Below, piece after piece: positions 47,850 through 58,450 of a stretch of 60,090 bases of DNA. Position numbers and translations under genes: made by a program. The stretch comes from a virus (taxonomy: Duplodnaviria > Caudoviricetes): positions 1-60,090 of the IMG/VR virus record IMGVR_UViG_3300002053_000022. One strand, given 5' to 3'. The notes beneath the pieces were generated by a model that did not search any database, was not told where the DNA came from, and saw only the letters and a list, made by a program, of their open reading frames with translations. Numbering within the stretch: the stretch's first letter is position 1; each line of letters begins with the position of its first letter.

Positions 47850-49286
47850 TTATACAGCCTCATTTCTAATTGATGTTATTGTAATTTTTTCTAAAGAACT
47901 AAACCAGTAAAATCCAATCTCTATTGATGGAATTTCCCTTGCTAGTCTTGCTGCTTTTCCAGCGTCAGTGTTATTTTTCAAATCAATTTCAACAGGTATT
48001 TTCACATAAGCTAACCCATCGTGAATACCTTGATCTTGTAATGTTTTGAAAATTCCTGCTATGGTACTTTTTACTACTTGCATCCCGTTGTAAGACATCC
48101 TTACTCTTCTTGAAGCTAATAGAGCCCATATTCCATTTATTAATTCTTGTGCAATTATGTATTTGCATCTCACATAATTTATTCTTGAAGACAATCCTGC
48201 TCCAAGAGTGAAACCGTGAGAAATTAAATATGGATTACCAGCCAATTCTCTTCTTATCATCGGAGATGCGATTTGCCCATCATCCCAGTAACTTCTTGCA
48301 ATTAGGCTTTCTTCTTGTTGAATTCCCATGTGTGGCATTGCAAAAGTCATTGTAGTGTGTGGATGAGTTCCAGCAGTCATACCCATATATCCTGCTGCCA
48401 TATCGTGATTTAATGAACTAGGCATTGCCTTTATAACTGCGATGTCTTCCCTTGCTCCTAAAATGTTTCTTATATTTGACCAGTTTGCGCTTAAACCACA
48501 ACCGCTTGTTGTTGGTGTTACTGCACCAGGTAATGCGAAAAACCATATACAATTTTTACCAGCTATTGAGTTTGAAAATCTTGATAAATCGTTAACTAAA
48601 CTTCCATAGTAAGTATTTGAACCACTATAACAAGATTTTGTTTTATCGTTTTCATAAGCAACAGCCATCATATTAATATTATATTGTTCAATTGCTTCAC
48701 CTACATCAGCCGTAGCTTTTCCAATTTTGAAATCAACAGTAATTTTACTGTTTGTTGCTGGAGGACTATCAATTTGTACTCCAGAAAGACCATTTTCAAA
48801 ATTTAATCTTCCAGTCCAATTTCCAAATCCGTCTGTTTCAACATCAAATGCCATTCCTACACTTCCATCAGCATTATTATACCAGTATCCAGTTAAATCT
48901 TTATTTGGAAAGTATTTTACTCTTTGGACACCAATAAATCCTAATGGAGGTTTAATAGCTGTTTCATATAAAGTGCTTGTTATTTTTAACAATTTTGAAT
49001 CATAATATTCTGATACCGCTCCACTAGCTAATGCTAGTACATATAATGTTGAACCTGGAGTTGGAGATGCTGCAAAAAATTGTGCTACTGATTCGTAAGC
49101 TTGATCGGTTTCAGCAAATCCTGCATTAACCATAATTGTGCTCCAATCGTCTGCTGTCATGGCGAGAGTTGTGGTTTCGGATAAACTAGCTTCACTTCCG
49201 TGTACTACTAACATCGTATTATCCCAAGGGACTTCAGCAGCACCTGGTGTTTCTGCGTCCCAGATAATTGTTAAATATTCACCCAT
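47850..49286 (-). CDS. Tail sheath protein
   Basis: AY.....FF...P.P N-motif and sheath-like C-domain (RINYVR, Y..G...V). Confidence 0.7.
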   Translation of the reverse strand: MGEYLTIIWDAETPGAAEVPWDNTMLVVHGSEASLSETTTLAMTADDWSTIMVNAGFAETDQAYESVAQFFAASPTPGSTLYVLALASGAVSEYYDSKLLKITSTLYETAIKPPLGFIGVQRVKYFPNKDLTGYWYNNADGSVGMAFDVETDGFGNWTGRLNFENGLSGVQIDSPPATNSKITVDFKIGKATADVGEAIEQYNINMMAVAYENDKTKSCYSGSNTYYGSLVNDLSRFSNSIAGKNCIWFFALPGAVTPTTSGCGLSANWSNIRNILGAREDIAVIKAMPSSLNHDMAAGYMGMTAGTHPHTTMTFAMPHMGIQQEESLIARSYWDDGQIASPMIRRELAGNPYLISHGFTLGAGLSSRINYVRCKYIIAQELINGIWALLASRRVRMSYNGMQVVKSTIAGIFKTLQDQGIHDGLAYVKIPVEIDLKNNTDAGKAARLAREIPSIEIGFYWFSSLEKITITSIRNEAV

Positions 49287-49896
49287 TAAAAATCACTCTC
49301 AAATTATTTTTAATATTATCATCTACATTTTCTAATTCGATAAATGCTTTGTCAGCTTTTTCTTCTGCTTCTTGTCCTTGCTCTAAATCTTTATACCATC
49401 TCACATCAGTTCTAAGATATACGGAAAATTCGTATTCGTGAACTCTTGTTGTGACATCCATGTGCGCCATCGACAAATCTCTGATTGGCATATCAAAAGC
49501 TCGATCAATAGAAGCATTATAGTCTGCCAATTTAAATTTCCAATATGCAAGAATCCTGTTTCTTATTCTTTTTGCTACGATGTCGGCATAATCCCTTCCT
49601 CTTATTGTATCGCTGTTATGCATTTTATTTGCATAAACTGTAATTGAAACTTGTTCCAATTCACAATAAGCATGTTCATACCTACGGTCATCAATTCTTC
49701 CAACAATGTCTGCCATTGATGGAAACAATTTCCCTGAAGTAGATATAAAATCTACAGTGACATAAGGAAGAATCCTTTCATGTCCTTCACCTGCTCTCCA
49801 GACTTGTAGACTTGGATTCCAAGATTGATATTCAAAATCTACATTTTGTTGTAAATCTTCAATCAATTCTCCTCTTTGTGTTTCAGTCAAAGCCAA
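49279..49896 (-). CDS. Tail terminator/completion protein
   Basis: PYVT motif; position. Confidence 0.55.
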   Translation of the reverse strand: MALTETQRGELIEDLQQNVDFEYQSWNPSLQVWRAGEGHERILPYVTVDFISTSGKLFPSMADIVGRIDDRRYEHAYCELEQVSITVYANKMHNSDTIRGRDYADIVAKRIRNRILAYWKFKLADYNASIDRAFDMPIRDLSMAHMDVTTRVHEYEFSVYLRTDVRWYKDLEQGQEAEEKADKAFIELENVDDNIKNNLRVIFNG

Positions 49897-50242
49897 GTCT
49901 TCTTCTCAACTCTATTTCTGCATTTTGGAATAATTTTTTACTTGTGTAATCTAACATTTGATAGACAACATAAGTATATCCATTCCATTCTATTCTAGTT
50001 TTTCCAGGGATTATACTAACTCTATTAATTTCATCTTTTCTTACTTGAGCGAATACTCTTTCGTAAAAGAATTGTCCTTCCTTTCTGTTTTCTCTATAAA
50101 TGTTACTATCTGGTAACATAACAGCTTTCATTGTTGTAGAACTTGAAGTTGGAATAGTAGCTATTCCTCCAGAAGCTCTAACTGGTGTCAATTGATTATA
50201 AACTGTTACTGTTTCCTCGTAGGGTTTTTGTGTTTTAAACAT
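49883..50242 (-). CDS. Head closure (stopper) protein
   Basis: IEWNGYTY.V pattern; position. Confidence 0.55.
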   Translation of the reverse strand: MFKTQKPYEETVTVYNQLTPVRASGGIATIPTSSSTTMKAVMLPDSNIYRENRKEGQFFYERVFAQVRKDEINRVSIIPGKTRIEWNGYTYVVYQMLDYTSKKLFQNAEIELRRRLGFD

Positions 50243-50853
50243 TATAGAGGCCCCAAATCCAGATCTTGTGAAATTATAATTTCCTCAAGCTCGTCGTCTG
50301 AAAGATACAATCCATATCTACTAAGCTTATCGTGAGCTTTAGAAAATGTAGATTTTAAATTCCAAACAAATCCTCTTGAAGTATCATCCCTAACTACTCT
50401 TGGAATAGGATAGGGTGTGCCGTATTCCGCAAAAAAATCGTCACGGCAATATGCTTCTACATAAGCGTAAGCCATCATTCTGTATGTTTCGTGAGGTAGT
50501 AATCCTTTAAAAGGATCAGAGCTTCCCGTAGCGAAGAAAAACATTGGTTGCCACCTTTGAAATTGATAAGTTACTCTGTTTAGTCGTTGTAGAGCCACAT
50601 CTCCTGTGCTCCATTGTAGATCGCCAGTATAACACAAAAATTCAAGCGCAAAACAAACGACAGCCGACCATAAGAGATTGAATCTGTCTGTTATATTTTG
50701 TGGTCTCATTCCGTGCTCAATTATCCAAGCGTCTACTCTTGCATTTGAAATTTTTAATAACCTATCATCCACTTTTTCGGGTTCAAAATCTTCATTGAAC
50801 ATTTGCACAAAGAAGATTATATCATCTTTGGTGGCATATTTTTCTACACTCAT
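50242..50853 (-). CDS. Head-tail adaptor
   Basis: YAT.DD N-terminus; directly after the capsid gene. Confidence 0.6.
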   Translation of the reverse strand: MSVEKYATKDDIIFFVQMFNEDFEPEKVDDRLLKISNARVDAWIIEHGMRPQNITDRFNLLWSAVVCFALEFLCYTGDLQWSTGDVALQRLNRVTYQFQRWQPMFFFATGSSDPFKGLLPHETYRMMAYAYVEAYCRDDFFAEYGTPYPIPRVVRDDTSRGFVWNLKSTFSKAHDKLSRYGLYLSDDELEEIIISQDLDLGPL

Positions 50854-50862
50854 CTAACCCAC

Positions 50863-51990
50863 TTACTGCATTGCTGTTTGATCTATTCTTAAAGCGTAAG
50901 CGAAATCATTTACCACTGGTGCAATTGAAATTGCTGCGCTGTTCTTTACTTCTAGTGGATCATGTTCTGTCCATTGTCTAACGAACATTTCAGTTGGATT
51001 TCCTCTTTGTTGTTGATGGAGCTTATGCGTCCAAGCGCATGCCGTATAACCTAAGCTTCTGCTTGCTATTAATCCCCATTCCCATCTTCCAGAGTTATAG
51101 AGAGTTGTCATCATGTCGATTTTATTTAATCGATCCCATGTTTGTCTTAGGTAGTCTCCTCTTCCAGGGTATCCTTCTCTATCAGTACTTATACCAGGAA
51201 CTTCTTTATAAGTTTGTCCAACTACTCTTGTTATTTTCAATCCTTGAATTGCAGCTCCTAAAACACCTTGAGTTGTATCTCTAATGTTAATAAGTCTGCT
51301 TAACAAGTTGTTGTTGTCTTCTAAAGATCTTGTGGTAACTCTACCGATTGCTAAGAATTCTGGTAATTCTCCTGCCATTAGCTCAAATCTATCTTTCAAA
51401 TAGTTTAAGTCTCTGAAAACATTAGCTGTAACATTTCCCCAGCCACCAGCTAGCCCACCTAAGTGAGTGTCTGCTGCGCCTCTAAATGTTCCAGTTCTGA
51501 CATTTGCGTATGCTTGTCTTTCTAATGTTTGGGTTGAGAATGAAGACATAACCACTGGGTCTCCGTACACATATCTTGTTAATGTGTATTCAATTAATCT
51601 GTTAATGAATCTTACTAAGTTTCTATCGATCATTAATCTTTTTGCTTGAATAACACCATTTTCAAAATCTTCTTCAAACTCTTCTAAATCTTCTGGGTAA
51701 CCATTTTTGATTGTACGAGTATTGACTGTGATTCCTTCAATGTGTGGTGCTCCCATCATGGGTGTTCTTTCTCTTGCATCTGTGAATCTAGCCATTCCTT
51801 GTGGATCAGCTAACCATGGGATGCTAAAGTGTTTGCCTGAACCTTTTCCTGGAGATCTTTTCTTTGGCATGAATCTTGTGAACATTGGTGCCCATTCTTG
51901 ATCAAAGAAGTCTATTGCTTGAATATATCTTCTATGTAACCAAGTTGGTATTAAAGAAGGTTCCGTTAAATTTGACCAATTTATTGACAT
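50863..51990 (-). CDS. Major capsid protein (HK97 fold)
   Basis: Size, position after protease/decoration genes, strong GGTGAT RBS. Confidence 0.75.
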   Translation of the reverse strand: MSINWSNLTEPSLIPTWLHRRYIQAIDFFDQEWAPMFTRFMPKKRSPGKGSGKHFSIPWLADPQGMARFTDARERTPMMGAPHIEGITVNTRTIKNGYPEDLEEFEEDFENGVIQAKRLMIDRNLVRFINRLIEYTLTRYVYGDPVVMSSFSTQTLERQAYANVRTGTFRGAADTHLGGLAGGWGNVTANVFRDLNYLKDRFELMAGELPEFLAIGRVTTRSLEDNNNLLSRLINIRDTTQGVLGAAIQGLKITRVVGQTYKEVPGISTDREGYPGRGDYLRQTWDRLNKIDMMTTLYNSGRWEWGLIASRSLGYTACAWTHKLHQQQRGNPTEMFVRQWTEHDPLEVKNSAAISIAPVVNDFAYALRIDQTAMQ

Positions 51991-52001
51991 TTTTTAATCA
52001 C

Positions 52002-52538
52002 CTATGTTGATGGATATAATTCAAATGATTGTGGATTTACAAATAAAAGTCCTGGTCTAGTTGCTTCGGTACTTTGTAACCATTTTCCTAAAGTTGTTGC
52101 TGCCGCTCTAACACCAGTTGCTAATACTCTAATTGATTCAGCTCCTCCATTTGATGGAATTGCAGTATCATTAATTATAGCTTCGATACCAGTGTGAGTA
52201 TTTATAATCGGAGCAATACCTAGTTTCATAACAGTTATTTCCCTTGGCCAATATTTGTCAGGTCTTAATATTTTTTCATCGTTTGAAACTCCAGATGTGG
52301 AATATCTAATGTCTAAAGATACTCCAATTGCCATGTCAACACCAGGGCTGGCGTTGTCATAAGATTTAATTCTCCTTTTCTTAATTGGGTTTCCGACAAA
52401 TCCAGTTAAAGTGGGATGTAATATAACAGGTTCTCCTAGTTCAACATCAGAGTTTTCGTCTAACCAATAAATATCCCTTGACATTGATTGAACATGTTCT
52501 TTAAACCATGCTGTGTCCATTGCTTGTCTGTATGACAT
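52002..52538 (-). CDS. Capsid decoration/cement protein
   Basis: Between scaffold and MCP; GEPV...IGV...V...G pattern. Confidence 0.55.
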   Translation of the reverse strand: MSYRQAMDTAWFKEHVQSMSRDIYWLDENSDVELGEPVILHPTLTGFVGNPIKKRRIKSYDNASPGVDMAIGVSLDIRYSTSGVSNDEKILRPDKYWPREITVMKLGIAPIINTHTGIEAIINDTAIPSNGGAESIRVLATGVRAAATTLGKWLQSTEATRPGLLFVNPQSFELYPST

Positions 52539-52549
52539 TTTATATCACC

Positions 52550-53542
52550 TTATTTAAAGAATGCTTCTGGCATGTTTTCAAATGCTTTAGCATCTCTTTG
52601 TTTCTTTAAATCTTCATCTTCTAATTCTTTTTCTTTGATACTATCTTGCGCTGTTGAACCCAAACTCTTTGTGTGAGCCATTGGCTTGCTTTCGAGTTCT
52701 TTATCTTTCTTTGCAATTCTATCTTTAAAGAATTTTTCTGCGTCATCTTGTTTTGCTTTCATAAGATAGAGATCTTTCATTTCTTCTCCATCATGTTCTA
52801 AAAGCTTTTCAATAAGAGGCATAAGTTTGTCCATTCTTCTTGATTCCTTTAATTCGTCAATTGTTTTTGATTGCTCATTCAATTTGTCCTTAAAGCTAAC
52901 AAGTTGTTCAGCAAATTTATCTTTTTCCTCTTTTGCCTTTTCTAGTTCGCTGTCCTTAACAGTAATGTCACTTTCTAAAGTATTAACTTTAGATTCAAGC
53001 TGTTCAAGAACCTTGTCCTTTTTTGTCAATTTCGCTTCTAACTCCTTTATTAGTTTTTCTAATTCTTCTGTCATATTATTAACCTCGTTTTTTATATCTA
53101 ATATAACACATTCTTTACACGCAGGCGTAGGAGTTAAAGAATGTTCTATTACATCGTAATGTATCGGTACTCCTTCGTTATTTTCGTAATATCTAAATCG
53201 CATAGATACACTCAACGGTTTATTTATGAAATCTCTTGCTTTTAAATCTGTCGCCACACCTTTGTGTTCAAGTGTGTGATTGTATAGCTCGTATTTTGTC
53301 ATTAGTTGTCCGTTGATTACTTGGGATTCCAATACGCGACCGTAAATATGAGTGGTTTTGTACTTTGGTATCAGAGGGTGTTCGTGTCTCCAAACCAAAT
53401 GTTTGTTTTTAGAATCCTCTGCTAACCTTTGAAGTCCTTTTTCACAAACAAAATCTTTAGTTATAGATCTTGCCGTAAAAGTTAGTCTGTTGTTATCCTC
53501 AAAAACTTCTTCCAATGCTAAATCTACTTTTTGATCGACCAC
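52550..53542 (-). CDS. Prohead protease-scaffold fusion
   Basis: H, LSVS and EHSLT..PA protease motifs followed by a long coiled coil. Confidence 0.75.
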   Translation of the reverse strand: MVDQKVDLALEEVFEDNNRLTFTARSITKDFVCEKGLQRLAEDSKNKHLVWRHEHPLIPKYKTTHIYGRVLESQVINGQLMTKYELYNHTLEHKGVATDLKARDFINKPLSVSMRFRYYENNEGVPIHYDVIEHSLTPTPACKECVILDIKNEVNNMTEELEKLIKELEAKLTKKDKVLEQLESKVNTLESDITVKDSELEKAKEEKDKFAEQLVSFKDKLNEQSKTIDELKESRRMDKLMPLIEKLLEHDGEEMKDLYLMKAKQDDAEKFFKDRIAKKDKELESKPMAHTKSLGSTAQDSIKEKELEDEDLKKQRDAKAFENMPEAFFK

Positions 53543-53570
53543 TCGTAATCACCTTGTTAATTATGTATTT

Positions 53571-53586
53571 TTATCCTTTATAAATA
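53571..53586 (-). promoter_or_regulatory. Putative late promoter TATTTATAAAGGATAA
   Basis: Identical 16-mer at 58874-58889; contains a TATA box. Confidence 0.7.
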
Positions 53587-53593
53587 TGTTTAT

Positions 53594-53932
53594 TTAAAAT
53601 TTCAATAGAGAATTGAATAGGTACTGATTAGTCATTTCTCTAATATCGTACTTACTAAAGTCGTGCTTCAACCATGCGTCGTGATCTATATTTCCTGGGC
53701 AAAGTGGTGTACGACAAGACATTGTAATCCAACCGTCTTTGTAATCAGCCGCATACATCTCTTTTGCACAAAACTTACAAAAGAAAACTCCCTCAAATGA
53801 TTTCAACCAATTTTTATCTGTTGCCCAAGCGTCATCATAACTTTCAGATAAACTTTTTTTAACAGCATTATTTCTTGCTTTTTGCCATTGTTCCTGTTTA
53901 CTAAATTTAAACATCCGTGTTGATCCGCCCAT
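53594..53932 (-). CDS. Zinc-finger hypothetical protein
   Basis: CKFC...C....C. Confidence 0.55.
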   Translation of the reverse strand: MGGSTRMFKFSKQEQWQKARNNAVKKSLSESYDDAWATDKNWLKSFEGVFFCKFCAKEMYAADYKDGWITMSCRTPLCPGNIDHDAWLKHDFSKYDIREMTNQYLFNSLLKF

Positions 53933-54042
53933 TTACAACTCCTCGTCTATAAGATAATCTCTTAATATTTCAATATTTTCATCCAATTTTTTAAATTCAA
54001 ATTTTTGTTTTTCACTTGTGTTTCCTTCACTATAATCTTCGC

Positions 54043-54648
54043 TCATTTGTAATTCCCTCCTTCTGATAAAATTCCAAATATATAACTGTTTAAAATGCTA
54101 TCTTTCATGTCTGCCCAAGCAAACACGACTGTAGATTTTAGCACGGATTTTCTTTTTTCGTGAATTGGCCCAAAATTGAAAAAATGTGCTCTTTGAGACC
54201 ATGTTCCAGTTGTTGGGTCTAATCGTGGTTTTGTTAAAGAGAACCTTGATGTTGCATTTGATGGTATATAAAATAATAATGTTTCATTAATAATATCTAA
54301 AAATGTACTTCTTTTCATTACACCAGTCAGTTCATGTGGTGGTAATCCGTGCGCTTGTTTCCAAGCTTTATAACCAGGGTGATAACTTCCTCTCCTTGGT
54401 TTTCCACCAGTTCTCATCAAGTTTCTCATTTCATTAGCGTTATCAATTGAATATATGCTGTCAAGATTATAAACATACACATTATTTATTAATGATCTGG
54501 CTAAATCTATCCTCATATTCTTTAAGGCTTCTTTTCTAAATTCGCCAGTTTTCATCTTTGCAAAAAAATTTTTTGCTTGTTGTATGTTCATACTAAATTC
54601 AGGCATATAAATTATAATCCTCTTTTTCTTCCTCTTCTGCTTTTCCAA
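54043..54648 (-). CDS. Putative virion morphogenesis/neck protein
   Basis: Y..WK...L..TG pattern reminiscent of Mu gpG-like proteins. Confidence 0.35.
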   Translation of the reverse strand: MEKQKRKKKRIIIYMPEFSMNIQQAKNFFAKMKTGEFRKEALKNMRIDLARSLINNVYVYNLDSIYSIDNANEMRNLMRTGGKPRRGSYHPGYKAWKQAHGLPPHELTGVMKRSTFLDIINETLLFYIPSNATSRFSLTKPRLDPTTGTWSQRAHFFNFGPIHEKRKSVLKSTVVFAWADMKDSILNSYIFGILSEGGNYK

Positions 54649-54919
54649 AGAGAGCTTCTTCCGAAACTTTTTTAATTCTGTTTGTCATTTCTTTCGCAAC
54701 AATGTTTCCAGAGTCTTCAATCATATCAGCAATAAAGTGACAAATTTGAAAAATGCATTCTTCGTGATAATTCATACAATATTTTAAATGCTCACATGTA
54801 TTACAATCTCTGTCATCCAATTCTAATCCTTTTTGACATCCCATTGCATTTTTAGCGGTTTTTCTCCATTTCTTAATTATCCGCTCTGTTTCGCTCAATT
54901 TCTTGGACTTTTTTCCCAT
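54599..54919 (-). CDS. Cys-rich hypothetical protein
   Basis: C...CNTC....C. Confidence 0.5.
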   Translation of the reverse strand: MGKKSKKLSETERIIKKWRKTAKNAMGCQKGLELDDRDCNTCEHLKYCMNYHEECIFQICHFIADMIEDSGNIVAKEMTNRIKKVSEEALFGKAEEEEKEDYNLYA

Positions 54920-55244
54920 TTTTCTTCATATCCTCAATCATATCAATAAAAATTTTAGCCCTACTACACAACAAATTTCTAGTATTGTTTATAACTCTTA
55001 TTACATCTCCCATAAAATTATGCTCTAACGCATCATAGAAATATGATAAAGCATAATCATATTCTGTTTCTATTTGTTTTGCTATCCACCAAGCCAGACC
55101 TAAATTTAAATATTTAACGCTAAGCAATTCATTCATTACTGCTTGAACAAAATCTATTTTAGAAATCTTGTTTCCGTCTATTATGTTCCAACAGTCTTCT
55201 CTCAGCGCTTGTTTTAGCTTGTCTATCAGCTGCAATTTGTTCAA
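54873..55244 (-). CDS. Hypothetical protein
   Basis: Overlaps the 3' end of the portal gene. Confidence 0.45.
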   Translation of the reverse strand: MNKLQLIDKLKQALREDCWNIIDGNKISKIDFVQAVMNELLSVKYLNLGLAWWIAKQIETEYDYALSYFYDALEHNFMGDVIRVINNTRNLLCSRAKIFIDMIEDMKKNGKKVQEIERNRADN

Positions 55245-56610
55245 CCTTTTTATTATCTTCGTTTGTTTCCGTCAAAAATGAAAATGCTGCTTGTGCTGCT
55301 TTTCTCATTTCATTCCTGTCAACAAAAACACCAACAGAAGCTCCCATAGCAATTGCTTCCATTAATTCTCTTGTGTTTTCAAATCTTAATTCTGACCAAT
55401 CAACATCTATGTCAATTGGATTAACATTATTTATTCCATTATAAGGCAATAATACTTTAGCATAAAAATTTGTAAGCATTAATTCATATTCTCTTCTTAC
55501 ACCTTTTATAAATCTAAGCCATCCATGTTCTAATATTCTTGCTGTTGCTAATTCATTACCAGAAGCTTCTCTTTGTCCCATAGAACCGAATATGCTCATC
55601 ATTATTTGTTTATCTAATTCTCTAATATAAAGCACATAAATTTCAGAACTTCTTGCTGTTTGGGTTTCCAATGTCTTTAAATCCATTTCACCTGGAATTG
55701 AGACACCTCCCCAATTTGTTATTTGCTTTATAATTTCCCTTCCATTGTCAATTGCAGCTTGCATTTTAGGTGCATCTACTGGATAATTTGGTGACCTTGG
55801 ATCTCCAACTGATAAAACAACAAAAGGAGCCCAATGTTTTTGTGAATATTTTCGCATAAACCACATAACCCACCTCTTATAGATAATATAATGCAATGCG
55901 TTTGCAATAGGAGGCTTTTTAAATAAATCAGTAAATAATATTACATTTGGCTCATCTGGCAAATGTATCTCTTGCTCCTTAAGAGAATATCTGTCTTTTA
56001 AGTTTTCATTTGCTTCTCCGTAATTAATTTTTTGTTTGTCTTTGTCCCAATCAGTTATAAAAGAAGCGCCATGATTTTCTTTTTGTCTATAAAAGTTTTT
56101 CTTTGTTCTGAAATGCTTATAAACTGGAATATGTTGAACGAATTTCCTAAAACCCATTACTGGATCTTCTCTGATTTCAATTGTTTTTGGATCTAATCTT
56201 TGAATATCTACACTTTCATATTCTGGATTATTGTTGTCAACTCTCCAATATGATTTTCCATAAACAATAGAATCAAACCAACTTTCTCTGATATAGTCTT
56301 CTATTGTTTGTCTTTTGACATTTACATGTCTATTCCATTCTTCTATTACTTGAAGAGCCTTTTTATTATCCATTCTTATTCTTATTCCGTCTCCAACGAT
56401 AACTGCGGCTGTGATTTCTGTGAATGATGTTGATACAGAATCGTTCCAAAATGCCTCTTCCAAATTCTTGAAAGTGGGTTTTATCATAACTTTTCTTAAT
56501 CTTCTAATATCTTCATCCAAATCAAAATCTCCTTCGTCTATTGTAGCAATGACGGATCTTTTACTTGGTAGGAATTCTCGTTGCGTTTTTCTTTCTTTTC
56601 TAATAGGCAT
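55159..56610 (-). CDS. Portal protein
   Basis: VYGKSYW and RLDPKTI; size and position after TerL. Confidence 0.82.
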   Translation of the reverse strand: MPIRKERKTQREFLPSKRSVIATIDEGDFDLDEDIRRLRKVMIKPTFKNLEEAFWNDSVSTSFTEITAAVIVGDGIRIRMDNKKALQVIEEWNRHVNVKRQTIEDYIRESWFDSIVYGKSYWRVDNNNPEYESVDIQRLDPKTIEIREDPVMGFRKFVQHIPVYKHFRTKKNFYRQKENHGASFITDWDKDKQKINYGEANENLKDRYSLKEQEIHLPDEPNVILFTDLFKKPPIANALHYIIYKRWVMWFMRKYSQKHWAPFVVLSVGDPRSPNYPVDAPKMQAAIDNGREIIKQITNWGGVSIPGEMDLKTLETQTARSSEIYVLYIRELDKQIMMSIFGSMGQREASGNELATARILEHGWLRFIKGVRREYELMLTNFYAKVLLPYNGINNVNPIDIDVDWSELRFENTRELMEAIAMGASVGVFVDRNEMRKAAQAAFSFLTETNEDNKKVEQIAADRQAKTSAERRLLEHNRRKQDF

Positions 56611-56776
56611 TTATATACCCCATCCCTTAAATAATTTTTCCATTTCCTTTATGCAGTCTTCTAAGAAGTTGCGAGTTTTTTCATCTTGAATTGAGGTAAA
56701 ATCACCAAATATAGCAAATTTACGACTTGGTGTTTGAGGCCCATCCAAGACTATACATGGAATTCCGTCAACTTCT

Positions 56777-58450
56777 TTAATCAAAATAGAGTCCTTCTCT
56801 TTCATCTTCAAACACTTCGTATTTAAATCCTCTAGGTTTAATCTTATCGAGGTAAGATGGTTTTTCTCTATGTCCCCAAACTGATAATGCAAGAGCAATA
56901 ACTCTGTCATCATGGAATGCTTGGGTTCCATATTTTATATAATCTGAACCAGGAATTATTTCACATTCAAATCTTAACAATTCTTCTCTAAGTTTATCAA
57001 TTTCTGGTTCCGAACTTGGTGGTATTTCTATCATTCCTTTAGCAAACATTTTTATAAGGTTTCCAATAAGTTCTGGTTTTGATGTTCTACTTATTATAAA
57101 TCCTTTGTTGTTGTTTCTGTTATTAAATAATTGCGCTTTAAGAGGAATTCCGTTCTTTCTCCATATTTTCAAATCTTCTTCAAGTTCTTCAACTAAAGGA
57201 TCTCCTAATCCTGTAGCATCAGCAACTACCCAATATGGATCGAATACTCTTAAAACATTTCCAAGTTTCTTTCTTATGTATCTGTATGTTCTTTGTTCAT
57301 CGAATTCTCCAGCGACACTTGTTCCAAAATCAAGAACAATTTTTCCAGTTCTTTCGTCTCTATGAGTTATATAAAAACAACTTGCGTCGTGTTTTCTTCC
57401 ATAGTCGACACCAGCTACATAATCTCTGTCTCGTCTGTATCTTAAAATGTTTTTTAAGTTTGGATTTGTGCAACTCTTTATCCATGCAGCTAAGAAAACC
57501 ATTGAAGCGTCTGTGATTATTTCTGCTAGGTATTCTTGTCTTGCTAAAGGTGTCCAATCATTTTCATCTAATAATTGTTTTACTAATTCTTTGGATCGTA
57601 TTCCATCATTCCATGGGTCAACCCAAGGAACTGAGAATATACCAACACCATATTTGTAATCATGTGCTCCACAGAGAGGACATGGGAACATTTCATCGAG
57701 AGGCATTCTTCCATTAGGGAAGTGTTCGACATTAAATATTCTTTGTGGGAATTTCTCTCCACAAGCTTTACAAATTATTGGTCGTGATTCTAATCCTCTG
57801 AAATAGTATTCTATAAATTTGCCTTTTGGGCCGTATGGAGTGGATAACATAATCCATCTTTTTCCGTGAGTTGTTGTAGGAAGTGCTGCACCGAAGAGAA
57901 TATCTTCTTCCATTTTTCCTGCTTCATCACAGAACAAGTATGTATATGTACTTCCTCTGATGTTTTCTGTGCAAGGCCAGACTTCTATAAAGTTTCCATT
58001 TGTCAATTCAATGTAATCTACACGAATTGTTTTTTGTACCACATAATTCCAAAGGATTGAATGTTCGAGTATTTTCTTAATAATCTTAAACATTTTCTTT
58101 GCTGCTTTTTCGGAAGCTGAAATGATTCCTATTGAACAGTTTGGAATTATGAATAGAAAAGCAATTGCCGCGTATGCGCAAGCAGTTGTTTTTCCTGTTT
58201 GTCTTGGCCAAACCATTACTGCCCCACGAGGGGACAAATCGACTTCACTAAAGTCGTATTGTGATAATGGGAAACCGAATTGAATGCTATCTATGGCATC
58301 TTTTTGCGGTTGTGTAAATTTTATTCTTTTATGAGGATGATCGTGATCTGGCAAGAAAGTCTCACAGAAGTCGACAGCTCTAAACAGACAGTCTTGTATA
58401 TTTTCAACTTCGTTAAATTCTGGTAACCATTGAAGATTACTTTCCATCAT
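56777..58450 (-). CDS. terL: Terminase large subunit
   Basis: RQTGKT, DEA, STP.G, F-like QEY.AE, GVDYG, DATG and HDD.V.ALAL. Confidence 0.95.
   Translation of the reverse strand: MMESNLQWLPEFNEVENIQDCLFRAVDFCETFLPDHDHPHKRIKFTQPQKDAIDSIQFGFPLSQYDFSEVDLSPRGAVMVWPRQTGKTTACAYAAIAFLFIIPNCSIGIISASEKAAKKMFKIIKKILEHSILWNYVVQKTIRVDYIELTNGNFIEVWPCTENIRGSTYTYLFCDEAGKMEEDILFGAALPTTTHGKRWIMLSTPYGPKGKFIEYYFRGLESRPIICKACGEKFPQRIFNVEHFPNGRMPLDEMFPCPLCGAHDYKYGVGIFSVPWVDPWNDGIRSKELVKQLLDENDWTPLARQEYLAEIITDASMVFLAAWIKSCTNPNLKNILRYRRDRDYVAGVDYGRKHDASCFYITHRDERTGKIVLDFGTSVAGEFDEQRTYRYIRKKLGNVLRVFDPYWVVADATGLGDPLVEELEEDLKIWRKNGIPLKAQLFNNRNNNKGFIISRTSKPELIGNLIKMFAKGMIEIPPSSEPEIDKLREELLRFECEIIPGSDYIKYGTQAFHDDRVIALALSVWGHREKPSYLDKIKPRGFKYEVFEDEREGLYFD

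Noticed and set aside
37168-49286. Extracellular contractile injection system or tailocin
   Set aside because: Capsid, portal, protease and terminase are in the same block, so this is a virus tail.
418-58060. Numerous short antisense or alternate-frame ORFs in the track
   Set aside because: They lie inside well-supported genes, lack RBSs and motifs, and look like shadow ORFs.
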